From NCBI GenBank assembly GCA_039698055.1, contig JBDKTL010000003.1, forward strand, positions 1 to 41,671: a DNA stretch of 41,671 nucleotides, in the 5' to 3' direction. This stretch comes from Methanoregula sp. (GTDB taxonomy: Archaea > Halobacteriota > Methanomicrobia > Methanomicrobiales > Methanospirillaceae). Below, in pieces: positions 20,606 through 30,329 of the stretch; within the stretch, counting starts at the first letter, position 1; each line of letters starts with the position of its first letter. A program made the translations under genes and the position numbers. The notes below the pieces were generated by a model. The model did not search any database. It saw nothing but the letters and a program-made list of their open reading frames with translations, and had not been told where the DNA came from.

Positions 20606-21540
20606 ATCACCATGTTCGTTTCAGAGAAGAGACGGACCCGGATAATAATATAGTCACGCATGCGGGAGGGCAGGATATCCGCCACATCGCTAATCGTGAT
20701 CCCATCTTCAATCTCAACTTTGCGGAGAATGCCCGCATACGTATCATACGGGAGTTTTACCCGGAGCCCGGACATCTGCACGGTCAGCGGTGTTGGAGAA
20801 GTCACTTCCAGGATGGCAGGGACCTGTTCCCGTATCACATCCATCAGCCGGGCGGGCGAAACCGAGAGCGGGTCTTTTGCTATCTCTTCCCGCTTTTTCT
20901 CAAGCACGCGGGTGATTTCGGCGACGATCTCATCGAGTTTGGCAAGTTCATCTGATTCTTTTGTCCGGTGCATAAACCTGCCGACATTCCCGACATACCC
21001 TTCAACCGGCGGATTAATGATCTTCTGGAGTGCCTCCTTGTCTGGCGCCCCACAAAGCACAATCGGCACCTCTACACCTCGCCGGATAATCTGCATCTTG
21101 TACTCAATGCAGCTCTCAAAATTGCCGAGCACATAAACAGCAATATCATGCTCGTTGATGACATCCCGTTCCTCATCATTGATGCCGGCAATGCGTTTAC
21201 CCACACCCCGCGCCATGCCAATCATGTTGCTTTTTGCGCCAAGCCTTCTCACGTATTCGGCAATATCGCAGGCCGGATGGGGAAGGTGGTGGATTTCAAG
21301 GCTGGGGATGACGACGGCAATCTCGGTTCCGACAAGCGGGGAATCAATCACATCACCGGTGAGTGGTTTTCCCATGGTCCGGATCAGTTCGACATCGTCC
21401 TTTGGTACAAAACACTGGAGGACAACCTCCTGTGCAATCAGGTGTTTCTGGACAATATACCCTCCGAGGTCTTCGATCAGGTCAACGATCTCGTTATGCC
21501 GGTAGATACCGCCCCGGTAGGTGATGGGGACAAGGATCAT
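20602..21540 (-). CDS. mmp7: Methanogenesis marker protein 7
   Basis: Y.GG.Y....DLIEDLGG, PLVGTEIAVV, HHLPHPACDIAEY.R; operon context. Confidence 0.9.
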   Translation of the reverse strand: MILVPITYRGGIYRHNEIVDLIEDLGGYIVQKHLIAQEVVLQCFVPKDDVELIRTMGKPLTGDVIDSPLVGTEIAVVIPSLEIHHLPHPACDIAEYVRRLGAKSNMIGMARGVGKRIAGINDEERDVINEHDIAVYVLGNFESCIEYKMQIIRRGVEVPIVLCGAPDKEALQKIINPPVEGYVGNVGRFMHRTKESDELAKLDEIVAEITRVLEKKREEIAKDPLSVSPARLMDVIREQVPAILEVTSPTPLTVQMSGLRVKLPYDTYAGILRKVEIEDGITISDVADILPSRMRDYIIIRVRLFSETNMVI

Positions 21541-22118
21541 GGCGTTTCCCCCATCAGGGCGAACTTCTCTTTGATACGGGCGTCCATATTTTCTGTCAGG
21601 GTATCCTCGCTTGCCACAAAGGAGAATTTTTCATTGCCATATGTCTCCTTTCTGACGCGGAACCCTTCCGGAGCGATGCAGCGCAATGCATAGATGAGGT
21701 CTTTATAGAGCGCCTCGCTTGGGTTTGCGATGACGATCTCCTCAATCTCTTTGGGATCGACCGAAACCCCGTAGAGTATTACCGTAAACCGGTCGGGCTG
21801 TTCAACATGGTCTTTGCCAAACCGCTCCCAGAAAATCTTGAGCATCGGCGCAAGATAGGTCTCATCAGAGATCGAGAGGGTAATCTTGCCTTCCAGCGGG
21901 TTCACGTTCGCGATATCATGGACACGGATAAGCGTGGTAACTTTTTTGACGATACCGACGGCAATAAAGAGGGGTATTTTCGGGTCGATGAACACATGCA
22001 GTTTGTGCATCACCCGGAGCAGGTTATGGTCAAGGAGCACGTCGTTTGTGATCTGCTTGTAGTACTCCCCGCCGAGGGGTTCTGTGCACTCCACTTCAAA
22101 GTACTCAATCGCAGGCAT
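21537..22118 (-). CDS. mmp17: Methanogenesis marker protein 17
   Basis: DETYL..L..LW-like segment, QPDRF, PEGFRVR; position between markers 15 and 7. Confidence 0.87.
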   Translation of the reverse strand: MPAIEYFEVECTEPLGGEYYKQITNDVLLDHNLLRVMHKLHVFIDPKIPLFIAVGIVKKVTTLIRVHDIANVNPLEGKITLSISDETYLAPMLKIFWERFGKDHVEQPDRFTVILYGVSVDPKEIEEIVIANPSEALYKDLIYALRCIAPEGFRVRKETYGNEKFSFVASEDTLTENMDARIKEKFALMGETP

Positions 22119-23357
22119 CTAATCGTCCTTGATAAATCCTGAAGCCAGCAGCGCCGATCCGACAGCGCCGATGTACTGCGAATACGGCGGTACAACAATC
22201 TCCACTTTCAGCAGTTCGCCCATCGCCCGGACCAGCCCTTCGATAAGGGATGTCCCGCCGACCATGATCACCGGCTCCTTGATATCAACTTCCTGCAGTT
22301 GCTGCTCGAAAACCTGTTCGGCAACGCTATGGCAGGCAGCTGCAGCGACATCCTCCCGGCTGCTGCCGGCGGCAAGAGCATTCACCAGGCTCTGTGTCCC
22401 AAACACGATGCAGTAACTGTTCATGGGCACGCGTCCTCCCATCCCTTTCATTGCGAGGGGCCCGAGTTCAGTGATATCCACACCAAGGCGTTTTGCGGTC
22501 ATCTCAAGGAACCGCCCGCTAGCCCCGGCACAGATACCGCCCATGGTAAATGTTCCGGGAATGCCGTCCATCACCGAGATTGCCTTGTTGTCCATACCGC
22601 CAATATCAATAACCGTCGCCGGACCATGCTGGCGGTTAGCCAGGTACACCGCACCTTTTGAGTTTACAGTAAGTTCTTCCTGGATGAGGTCTGCCTTGAT
22701 CTCTTTACCGACAAGGAACCGGCCGTACCCGGTAGTGCCGACTGCCTGTATTTCATCACGGGCAATTCCCGCCTCCTGCAAGGCATGAGCGATGACCTCG
22801 TTTGCGCTTTTAATGACTTCGGTCGTCGGCTGCCAGCCTGTCCCGACGATCTTGTTGTCCTTCATCACGATTGCTTTTGTGGTTGCTGACCCGGAGTCAA
22901 GCCCGAGCGTGATTCCCTGCTGGGTTTCCCGGGCGAGCAGTGCCCGTCGGCGGGCAATCGTTGTGAGAGCCTCCATTCTTGTCAGGAGCGTACCAGACGT
23001 CGTACGTTCAGTGAACGAATAACTGACAACCGGAAGTTTTGAGTGCTCGTGTATATACCGGCGCAGCTCGTTTCTGACGATTGCTGCCTCTGCACATCTG
23101 AAACAGGTAGCAATAAACACTGCATCGGCTTCCACCCGCCCTTCGACAAGTGCCTTTGCCCGGGCGATGGCAAGTTTAAGATCAGCGCTTCGCACATCAA
23201 GCCCGAACTCAGAAAAATCCTGCATGATATCTTTGAGTGCAATATCCGGGAAAAAAATTTCCCCGTTCACTGCTTGTGCTGCCGTGTTGATTTCCTGCTG
23301 GACCCCGGAATAATCCGGCCCGCAGGACAACTGGGCAATCCGGACCGGTACGGTCAT
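22119..23357 (-). CDS. mmp15: Methanogenesis marker protein 15 (ASKHA/BadF-type [4Fe-4S] activator ATPase)
   Basis: [49 protein letters not shown]. Confidence 0.92.
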   Translation of the reverse strand: MTVPVRIAQLSCGPDYSGVQQEINTAAQAVNGEIFFPDIALKDIMQDFSEFGLDVRSADLKLAIARAKALVEGRVEADAVFIATCFRCAEAAIVRNELRRYIHEHSKLPVVSYSFTERTTSGTLLTRMEALTTIARRRALLARETQQGITLGLDSGSATTKAIVMKDNKIVGTGWQPTTEVIKSANEVIAHALQEAGIARDEIQAVGTTGYGRFLVGKEIKADLIQEELTVNSKGAVYLANRQHGPATVIDIGGMDNKAISVMDGIPGTFTMGGICAGASGRFLEMTAKRLGVDITELGPLAMKGMGGRVPMNSYCIVFGTQSLVNALAAGSSREDVAAAACHSVAEQVFEQQLQEVDIKEPVIMVGGTSLIEGLVRAMGELLKVEIVVPPYSQYIGAVGSALLASGFIKDD

Positions 23358-23800
23358 GGTTTTTCTCCCAGTCCAGACAGGAACCGTTTGATTGCGGCAA
23401 CAAATTTTATGCCCTCCTCCTCATTTTGGGGGTAATTCAGGTCAAGTTTTGGCATATCTTTCTGGCGGATGAGGAATTTGATCAGCTCGTTTGTCCGGGC
23501 GCACCCCATGCACCCAAATGCGAGATCGGCATCGTTGATAATAATCGCCGCGTCACATTCCTCAATCATCGGCCCGTAGAGGGACATACGGCCCCGGACA
23601 CCGCTGGGGACTTCAACAGCTGCCCACCGGAGACCTTTTTTTGGATCTTCCGGGGTAATCTGGAGCGGAGCGGATTCAAGCCCCGGTGTCTGGACCCGTT
23701 CGCGGATCGCGATGGCAGAACCAAGCGGTGTATGCCCGAAACGGGTTACCATGTCAGAGAGAATCAGGCTTGTTGCAGGATAAATAAAAACTTTTACCAT
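23354..23800 (-). CDS. mmp5: Methanogenesis marker protein 5
   Basis: [34 protein letters not shown]. Confidence 0.92.
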   Translation of the reverse strand: MVKVFIYPATSLILSDMVTRFGHTPLGSAIAIRERVQTPGLESAPLQITPEDPKKGLRWAAVEVPSGVRGRMSLYGPMIEECDAAIIINDADLAFGCMGCARTNELIKFLIRQKDMPKLDLNYPQNEEEGIKFVAAIKRFLSGLGEKP

Positions 23801-23801
23801 A

Positions 23802-24260
23802 TCAGGGCTCCTGTGCGTCGATCATTTTTTTCAAGGCAGAGATATCAAGTTTTTTTCCCGTGAGGGTGCTCTCCGGGGCGGGAACGGCTTTTACGTCACG
23901 GTGGCCGAGCTCTTCAAGTGCGTGGGAGATATAGGGAAGGATGGTCATCTCATATTCTATACCGTGGAAACCGGGACGTGCACCGCCAAGTGTCGCCCGG
24001 CACCGTCGGGTATCCCCCGGCGGAAATCCACGGTCTTTTACAAAAATATGGTCGGGATCCATCTTGCGTATCTCGGTGATAATCCGGTTGACCTCGTCTT
24101 CCTTACCCATGATGACAAGACCAAAACAGGTTTCCTTGATCATGATACCCTGTGCAATCTCGTAGGCGCGGACGGCCATATCCGCCGGTGTCACGGTCAT
24201 TGATTCCACAATAACATATTTTGTCACCATGCCGACATGATCGGGAACATAGTCCGTCAT
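23802..24260 (-). CDS. mmp6: Methanogenesis marker protein 6
   Basis: IKETCFG, IFVKDRGFPPGD.RRCRA, GARPGF. Confidence 0.92.
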   Translation of the reverse strand: MTDYVPDHVGMVTKYVIVESMTVTPADMAVRAYEIAQGIMIKETCFGLVIMGKEDEVNRIITEIRKMDPDHIFVKDRGFPPGDTRRCRATLGGARPGFHGIEYEMTILPYISHALEELGHRDVKAVPAPESTLTGKKLDISALKKMIDAQEP

Positions 24261-25783
24261 TTCTTTACCTCCCTGATATAGACCATCTGCCGTTCTTTTA
24301 CGGTTTTGAGTTTATCGGTATCAATCACGCGCCCGATAATATTGGTTCCTTCAAAGGGTTCTGACGTTGGGCCAAACTCTTTGCTTGCCGATAACCGGAC
24401 TCCCACAAGGCCGGCACCTTTCCGCGAATCATTGGTGATTGCAAGAGCGTTTGCCGGGGCCTCATTCACCGGTGCATTCTCAGGAATAATCTTGATCTCG
24501 GTGGGGATCTCAGGCTTGAAGAGATACACATCGTCAAACATAAAAAATGCCGGCATCATGCCTGCATCGTGCTGCTTGAGCCCGGTCAGCCTGCGGAAGA
24601 TATCGCAGCTTACCGGTGCCGATGCATCGTCAAGCTCGATATCGATTACCTTTGCATACGGTGCCGTTGTAACCGTGACCAGACCTTCGTGGAGCATATC
24701 AAGGGTAGTGCCCGGTTCCTGCGATACCACGATCCGGTCTTTGGCATCGGTATCCAGTTTCAGTGCGATACCCCGTGATGTGGTGAGATCCTTTGCCTGT
24801 TCCAGGGGAAGACCCAGCAGATCGATACGCTCCGGCTGGACGTTTACCCTGAAAATATCATTATCTTTCGCGAGTCTGACCAGTTCTATCCCGTGTACAA
24901 CCTGCCCGACGACACTGTGTGAAGGGACGCTGGGCACATCAGCACGGTACATATACAGCCCGCCAACAGAGGGGCCAGAGGTTCGGACGGTGACCGTTCC
25001 CTCCCTTCGGGGACGTTTGTATTGTGCCGGGACGATGGTGCCGGTGAGGGTGGGATCGAGGATGTGGGTGCTTGTCGCCCGGCCGACATGAAAGGTTCCG
25101 GACTCAAGAGCGATGAGCATATGTTCCACGCTCCCTGCCGCTTCAATGGTGACATGGTCAGGAGCATACCCTTGTGCTATTACACTGACGGTGGTTATTA
25201 TCTGCATACCGTCCTCCAGAACAACCCCGCGGTCTGTAGTGGTAAACGACCGGCTCGTATCTGCCCAGCTGATTACCGGTTCGATTTTGGTGATGTGATC
25301 GCCGGATGCAAAACGGTCCAGTACCGCTCTGCCGCTGACGATGCGGCCGATTACGCCACCGGTACTATCAGCCCCGTGATCGGCGGAATGCCGGCTTTTT
25401 GAAAAGATCAGGTATGACCGTGCGGGATCATACCCCCCACATCCCAGAATCACTTCTCCGCGATCATAAAGGTGGGGTTTGCGCGAAGGGTGGATTCCCG
25501 AGGGAAAAGGACCAAATGCTGCCGAATACCGGTCTGTCCAGTGGAGCCCGAGCGCAGCAGCACGATCAGGAGATTCAAGAACCGGCGTTGCATCACCTGC
25601 AAGTTCAAGAGTAATGTCACCGGCCGTCGTACTGATCGCATAATACCCTGTGGCAGCCTGCTCTTTTGTTGCCGGACGGATTATGGCCACGCAATATTTT
25701 TCCGGGTGCCCGTCAAGAAGTGATCCAAGTGTACTGCCGTCAGCAAGATCATGTTTCTCGCCGTTAAGGTGAATACTGATCAT
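24257..25783 (-). CDS. mmp3: Methanogenesis marker protein 3 (cyclophilin-like domains)
   Basis: R..G.VTVR..G, HSVVGQV..GIELV, TN....G.VGVRL...FGPT.E...TNIIG. Confidence 0.9.
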   Translation of the reverse strand: MISIHLNGEKHDLADGSTLGSLLDGHPEKYCVAIIRPATKEQAATGYYAISTTAGDITLELAGDATPVLESPDRAAALGLHWTDRYSAAFGPFPSGIHPSRKPHLYDRGEVILGCGGYDPARSYLIFSKSRHSADHGADSTGGVIGRIVSGRAVLDRFASGDHITKIEPVISWADTSRSFTTTDRGVVLEDGMQIITTVSVIAQGYAPDHVTIEAAGSVEHMLIALESGTFHVGRATSTHILDPTLTGTIVPAQYKRPRREGTVTVRTSGPSVGGLYMYRADVPSVPSHSVVGQVVHGIELVRLAKDNDIFRVNVQPERIDLLGLPLEQAKDLTTSRGIALKLDTDAKDRIVVSQEPGTTLDMLHEGLVTVTTAPYAKVIDIELDDASAPVSCDIFRRLTGLKQHDAGMMPAFFMFDDVYLFKPEIPTEIKIIPENAPVNEAPANALAITNDSRKGAGLVGVRLSASKEFGPTSEPFEGTNIIGRVIDTDKLKTVKERQMVYIREVKK

Positions 25784-25791
25784 TGCTTACC

Positions 25792-27405
25792 TCAAGCGGC
25801 AGGCTGGCTCATGACCTTTTTCTCTTCCTCGGTCAGGTGTGCCAGGACTTCCGCTGTCGGTCCTATCTCGATGATCTTGCCGCCCCTCATCAGGGCAGTA
25901 CGGTCACAGGTTTCCCGGACGAACTCCATATCGTGCGAGACGACGATGAACGTCTCATCCATCTCTTCGCGGGAATGCATGATCGAATGTTTTACATCCA
26001 CTTTTGTGATCGGGTCCATTGTACCGGTAGGCTCATCGAGGATTACAATACGCGGTTCCCTGATGAGGACCTGTGCAAGGGCAACACGGTGGCGTTCACC
26101 TTCGGAAAGTTGCCCCGGCATACGATCGAGGATCTCCTTACTCTTCTCCTCGGCAAATCCTGCCATCTTCAGGGTGATAACCGCTTTGCGCATCGCCAGT
26201 TCTTTTGGGAATTCAAGTCCAATCGCATCGGTGAGATTGTCAAGCACGGTCCTGTGGGGATAGAGATCGTATTCCTGGTGCAGGAGACCGATGTACTCTT
26301 TTGCGCGTCCCCGCTGGTCGATACCGGGCTTGGTCATATCGATCCAATCGTCCCCAATCTTGATATTGATCTCCCCGCTCGTTGGCTCGATGATGCCGGC
26401 AATAATCCGGGAAAGCGTTGTTTTACCCGCCCCGCTTTTCCCGATAATGCCAAAAATTTCCTTGGTGTAAACATCAAAATTGACACCGTTGACTGCCCTG
26501 ACCACACCCCGGTCAACCGATATGTACCTCTTGGTCAGATCGTGTGCAGACACCACTTTTTCCCCGAGAGTGGTATGTTCGAACGTCTCACTGTCATCAT
26601 ACCCGATCATGAACTGGTCGATGACTTCTTTTGGCGTACCTATCTTTGCGATCCCACCCTCAACGAGCAGCATCGCACGGTCGGCGACATCTTCAATCAC
26701 CTGCGAAAAGTGGGAGGTGACAACCATGCCCATATTGTTTGACTGCGCCGCTGTATTCAGCATCTGGTGGACAAGCCGGGCTGTTTCAGGATCAAGCGTC
26801 CCTGTTGGTTCATCGGCAAAGAGCAAAAACGGCTCTTTTGCCATCTGGCGGGCAAGCACAACACGCTGTTTTTCCCCACCTGACAGGTCGCGGGCAATAT
26901 GCATCATCCGGTGGGAGAGCCGTACCTGGTCGATCAGGTCTGCTGCACGGTTGATTGCCTTGTCGGCGGGATAATTGATATCGTCAAGTGCATGAAGAAC
27001 ATTTTCGATCACCCGGTCATCGCCGTACAGGGCAAACGTGCGCTGGAACATGATCGCCGTCCGGCGCATTAACCGGCGTTTCAGCGTTTCATCTTTTTCG
27101 TTCCAGAGATCGATATCCATTGCGGAGAGTTTGCCGCCGCAGTGCGGACAGGGTTTACCCGCCGAACTCCCGACATCCATAAAATCGCAGGTGTTACAGG
27201 CTGCTACATGATAGACTATCCTGCCACTGGTCGGAGGCTGCTCTATTCCGCGCATGAGATGCATCAGCACGGTTTTACCGGCACCACTTCTCCCGATAAT
27301 CCCCAGTATCTCCCCCTCGGAAATTTCAAAAGAAATATTTTTGAGTACTTTTGTCTCCTCAAAATCCATGCAGAGGTTTTCGACTGTGATCAATGGAGCC
27401 TTCAT
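25792..27405 (-). CDS. atwA: Methyl-coenzyme M reductase system component A2 (twin ABC ATPase)
   Basis: Two Walker A motifs (GRSGAGKT, GKSGAGKT), zinc-finger-like insert C..C...CPHC, LSGGEKQR and LSEGERHR. Confidence 0.96.
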   Translation of the reverse strand: MKAPLITVENLCMDFEETKVLKNISFEISEGEILGIIGRSGAGKTVLMHLMRGIEQPPTSGRIVYHVAACNTCDFMDVGSSAGKPCPHCGGKLSAMDIDLWNEKDETLKRRLMRRTAIMFQRTFALYGDDRVIENVLHALDDINYPADKAINRAADLIDQVRLSHRMMHIARDLSGGEKQRVVLARQMAKEPFLLFADEPTGTLDPETARLVHQMLNTAAQSNNMGMVVTSHFSQVIEDVADRAMLLVEGGIAKIGTPKEVIDQFMIGYDDSETFEHTTLGEKVVSAHDLTKRYISVDRGVVRAVNGVNFDVYTKEIFGIIGKSGAGKTTLSRIIAGIIEPTSGEINIKIGDDWIDMTKPGIDQRGRAKEYIGLLHQEYDLYPHRTVLDNLTDAIGLEFPKELAMRKAVITLKMAGFAEEKSKEILDRMPGQLSEGERHRVALAQVLIREPRIVILDEPTGTMDPITKVDVKHSIMHSREEMDETFIVVSHDMEFVRETCDRTALMRGGKIIEIGPTAEVLAHLTEEEKKVMSQPAA

Positions 27406-27443
27406 AATTCCCTTATACCCTATGTGGTACTCGTGTCATATTA

Positions 27444-27456
27444 TCTTTTATATGCT
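27444..27456 (-). promoter_or_regulatory. Probable TATA box for atwA and the marker operon
   Basis: Minus-strand ATATAAAAG about 40 nt upstream of the atwA ATG. Confidence 0.4.
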
Positions 27457-27468
27457 GTACCATACCCG

Positions 27469-28299
27469 TCACGATCGTGTTTTTTCGAGTGGTGAAAGTA
27501 GTCCCTGCACAATGGGGATAACATCTCCCACCCGGTTGACCACGTAATCAGCAGCACGGTAAAGGCTTTCAGGGCGATCTCCATGCTGTTGTATCGTGAG
27601 GATTGCGATATCGGCTTTCTCCAGTGCGCACAGGTCATTTATCCCGTCACCGACCATCAGGACTTTATCGAATTCCTGCTTGAGATCGCAGACAATCTGC
27701 GCTTTCACCGAAGGTGTAGCCACGCCGTACACCCTGTCACGGGGGATGCCGAGGTGATCTGCCATACGCTCAAGTTTGGTTGACCGGTCACCGGATGCAA
27801 TAAACGTCGGTACTCCCATGCTGTGGAGCGTGCTGATGGTCTCTTTTGCCCCTTCAAATGGCCATCCCCCCGCCGTGATACAGAATTCGATCGCGTCCTG
27901 TTCCATGTTGATAATCGCACCGCTGTTCATGGTGACCATGCTCTCCTCACGGCAGATTGACCAGACATTGCGGATACATTCCTGCAGATCGCCAACACAT
28001 GCATTGGTATCGGCGTATAGTACATCACCGATGGCTTCAGCGGTGATGATCTTCCGGGTGCAGCTTATCCCAAAAGCGATATTTCTCTCTATCAGGTATT
28101 CCGACAGGAGCATTTTATGCGGGGTTTTCATGACATCTTCAGAATGTACAGGAAGGACAAGCAGGACACGATCCGGGCAGCTGAACGTGAGTGTGGTGGT
28201 CTCAATACCGGGAAGCAGTTTCTTGTTGCAGATGTCCTTTGCAACCCGGTACGTATTCAGGAGGGTTCCGGCACTGTCAAAAACTACGGCAACGGTCAC
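27469..28299 (-). CDS. Soluble P-type-ATPase-like HAD hydrolase
   Basis: VFDSAGTL, SGDR, P..K, MVGDGIND and no TM helices. Confidence 0.87.
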   Translation of the reverse strand: MTVAVVFDSAGTLLNTYRVAKDICNKKLLPGIETTTLTFSCPDRVLLVLPVHSEDVMKTPHKMLLSEYLIERNIAFGISCTRKIITAEAIGDVLYADTNACVGDLQECIRNVWSICREESMVTMNSGAIINMEQDAIEFCITAGGWPFEGAKETISTLHSMGVPTFIASGDRSTKLERMADHLGIPRDRVYGVATPSVKAQIVCDLKQEFDKVLMVGDGINDLCALEKADIAILTIQQHGDRPESLYRAADYVVNRVGDVIPIVQGLLSPLEKTRS

Positions 28300-28357
28300 A
28301 TTCGCACCCGGTAATAAAATCTATGTGCTATTCTTTACATTTGATCAATGAAGCTTA

Positions 28358-29320
28358 ATGATCGTTACTGAAACTGCAGACAAGATAAAGAGCATGGAAA
28401 TCCGTGGTGCCGGCAGGATCGCACGGGCTGCCACAGCAGCGCTCCGGGATCATGCTCTCTCTATTGGCGACAACTCTCTGGCAGCATTCGCGCAGGACAT
28501 GGAACGGGCAGCAAACACCCTGATCGCCACGCGTCCGACGGCCGTATCGCTCCCGAATGCCGTTCATATTGTCATGGCTGGTATCAACACCGCAAAAACA
28601 GCAAATGAAGCAAAAGTGGGGGTTATCACACGGGCTGATGCGTTTATATCCTCCTCGCAGCATGCCGTGGAAAAGATTGCCCGGATCGGAGCACGCCACA
28701 TCCGTGACGGGGACACCATCCTCACGCACTGCAACTCAGAAGCAGCCCTTTCCTGTATCATCGAGGCGCACCGCGAGGGAAAGGAGATCACCGTTTATGC
28801 GACTGAAGTGCGTCCCCGCAACCAGGGACTTGTCACCATAAAGACACTCAACGATGCAGGAATAAAAACAATATTCATCGTGGATTCTGCCGTCCGTTCG
28901 GTTATCAATGATGTCGATCTGGTGATTGTCGGGGCTGATGCAGTGACCGTAAACGGTGCAGTGGTTAACAAGATCGGGACCGCACAGGTAGCACATTCTG
29001 CTCATGAAGCCCGGGTGAATGTGGTTGTCGCTGCAGAAACCTACAAATTTGCACCCCGTACCCTGCTTGGGGATCTTATCCAGATCGAGGAACGCCCGGG
29101 AAACGAGGTACTGCCGGATGAGATCGCAAAAACGCTGCCGAATGTGACGGTGTGTAATCCCGCATTCGATGTAACTCCGGCGGAATATATCGACCTGATC
29201 GTAACAGAAGAAGGGGCGATCCCGCCGCAGATGGCATATGTGATCATAAAGGAGTACCTTGGGTGGGGAATTGATGAATTTCATACCTCGTTTGAGATGG
29301 ACGGGGGGCATGAGGATTAA
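28358..29320 (+). CDS. Ribose 1,5-bisphosphate isomerase (eIF2B-like)
   Basis: MEIRGAGRIA, TRPTAVSL.N, THCNS, E.RPRNQG, GADAV, NKIGT, NPAFDVTP. Confidence 0.93.
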   Translation: MIVTETADKIKSMEIRGAGRIARAATAALRDHALSIGDNSLAAFAQDMERAANTLIATRPTAVSLPNAVHIVMAGINTAKTANEAKVGVITRADAFISSSQHAVEKIARIGARHIRDGDTILTHCNSEAALSCIIEAHREGKEITVYATEVRPRNQGLVTIKTLNDAGIKTIFIVDSAVRSVINDVDLVIVGADAVTVNGAVVNKIGTAQVAHSAHEARVNVVVAAETYKFAPRTLLGDLIQIEERPGNEVLPDEIAKTLPNVTVCNPAFDVTPAEYIDLIVTEEGAIPPQMAYVIIKEYLGWGIDEFHTSFEMDGGHED

Positions 29321-29402
29321 GAGCCGGGAACCCTAAAAACACGATCATTATGAAATCAGGTGCATGCAATTATTGTGAAGCAGGATAATCAGATGCAGAG
29401 GC

Positions 29403-30227
29403 ATGACAATGGAGATACCTTTTACCAAATTACACGGCAACGGCAACGATTTTATCGTCATTGACGAGTATGAAAAAACCGTCATACCGGATGATATGAA
29501 AGCGCAGTTTGCCGCCAGTTACTGCGATCGCCGGTTTGGAATCGGTGCAGACGGAGTCCTTTATCTTTCAAAATCAACAAGATGCAACCTGAAGATGCGG
29601 ATTCTCCAGCCTGACGGGAGCGAGGCTGAGATGTGTGGCAACGGTATCCGGTGCCTTGCAAAATACGCATTCGATGCCGGGTACGTAAAGGAATCGTGCA
29701 CCGTTGAAACGCTCGCGGGAGATATGAGCGTTGTCCTCGGTTACAAAGATGATGAATTTACTGCAACGATCACCATGACCCCTCCTGAATTTGAACGGAA
29801 AAGCATTCCTGCAACCGGCAACGGGGAATACCGGGAGCATATCGGTGCATTTGAGGTCTATGCAGTAAATACCGGCGTTCCTCATGCGGTGATTTTTGTC
29901 GATGATGTGGACAGTATCGATATCGCCACAGCTGCCCCCCCGATCCGCCATCATTCCACGTTCATAAACGGTGCAAACGTGAATTTTGTGCAAAAGACCG
30001 GCGACGCATCCATCAGGGTACGGACGTTCGAGCGGGGTGTCGAGGAAGAGACACTTTCCTGCGGGACCGGCGCAACAGCATCTGCCGTGTTGCTGCGCAA
30101 ACTCGGCAACAGGGGCGATATCATCCATGTCGAGACAAAGGGTGGTCCACTCACCATTCACTTCAATGACGGGGTGAAGATGGAAGGGCCTGCGGTCTCG
30201 GTTTTCACCGGGGTTATCACGTATTAA
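29403..30227 (+). CDS. dapF: Diaminopimelate epimerase
   Basis: KLHGNGNDF, EMCGNGIRC, GVPH, N.NF, TFERGV..ETLSCGTG. Confidence 0.96.
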   Translation: MTMEIPFTKLHGNGNDFIVIDEYEKTVIPDDMKAQFAASYCDRRFGIGADGVLYLSKSTRCNLKMRILQPDGSEAEMCGNGIRCLAKYAFDAGYVKESCTVETLAGDMSVVLGYKDDEFTATITMTPPEFERKSIPATGNGEYREHIGAFEVYAVNTGVPHAVIFVDDVDSIDIATAAPPIRHHSTFINGANVNFVQKTGDASIRVRTFERGVEEETLSCGTGATASAVLLRKLGNRGDIIHVETKGGPLTIHFNDGVKMEGPAVSVFTGVITY

Positions 30228-30239
30228 CTCTCTTTTTTG
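30228..30239 (+). terminator. T-tract terminator after dapF
   Basis: CTCTCTTTTTTG immediately after the stop codon. Confidence 0.5.
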
Positions 30240-30329
30240 TGATCCTGTTTACCGGAACCTGGTGAAAATAGCCTGATCTGTCTCCCTGTAAAGTACGAGA
30301 GGGTAGCGTGTTACGGGCTTTGCAACCGC

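Noticed and set aside
25783-26742. 319-aa plus-strand ORF
   Set aside because: Antisense shadow of atwA with no motifs.
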